This document shows, piece after piece, positions 63,989-64,000 of a stretch of 64,000 nucleotides of DNA (position 1 is its first letter; each line of letters begins with the position of its first letter). The position numbers and the translations under genes are program-made. The DNA lies in IMG/VR virus record IMGVR_UViG_3300020156_000028, positions 557 to 64,556 of that record, one strand, 5' to 3'. Under the pieces are notes generated by a model. It ran no database searches. It was not told the origin of the DNA and saw only the letters and a list, made by a program, of their open reading frames with translations. Origin of the DNA: a virus. Its lineage: Duplodnaviria > Caudoviricetes.

Positions 63989-64000
63989 GATGCGCAGAGC
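63989..64000 (+). other. Probable cos site (12-nt cohesive end)
   Basis: GATGCGCAGAGC ends the window; one base from the Chi cos as I recall it (GGTGCGCAGAGC); GpA-type terminase present. Confidence 0.65.

Noticed and set aside
1-64000. Lysogeny module, introns or inteins
   Set aside because: No integrase, ParA or protelomerase motifs and no interrupted core genes seen; any sequence left of position 1 is not visible

Overview
The window is most of the genome of a lytic-looking, Chi-like (Casjensviridae-type) long-tailed siphophage. The host is probably an alphaproteobacterium, judging by a GapR/DUF2312 gene, a perfect CtrA box and rhizobial-type sigma70 promoters. Gene order: primase/helicase and two HTH regulators (minus strand); a replication block (Cas4-like exonuclease, SSB, family A polymerase, VRR-NUC, SNF2 helicase); lambda-like packaging and head genes; tail genes with a -1 frameshift chaperone and a tape measure carrying a lysozyme domain; an elaborate tail-fibre module; a lysis cassette; then about 18 kb of leftward accessory/early genes. 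The window ends exactly on a 12-mer resembling the Chi cos site. No integrase, CRISPR array or canonical tRNA was seen. The most unusual observations are: (1) a ~260-nt structured RNA cluster (56183-56439, minus strand) holding two tandem circularly permuted, anticodon-less tRNA mimics with Y-RNA/YrlA-like T-arm > closed acceptor > D-arm order, a third CCA-ended tRNA-like element, and no Ro60 gene; (2) a terminal ~5 kb operon with no GATC and excess GANTC, bounded by a terminator, a 23-bp GGTCTC repeat array and a CtrA/TTAA cluster, suggesting staged, possibly cell-cycle-gated DNA entry; (3) a CCAAC-N5-GTTGG operator in or over promoter spacers at five sites. All protein calls come from motif recognition and synteny by eye, and all motif counts are manual.
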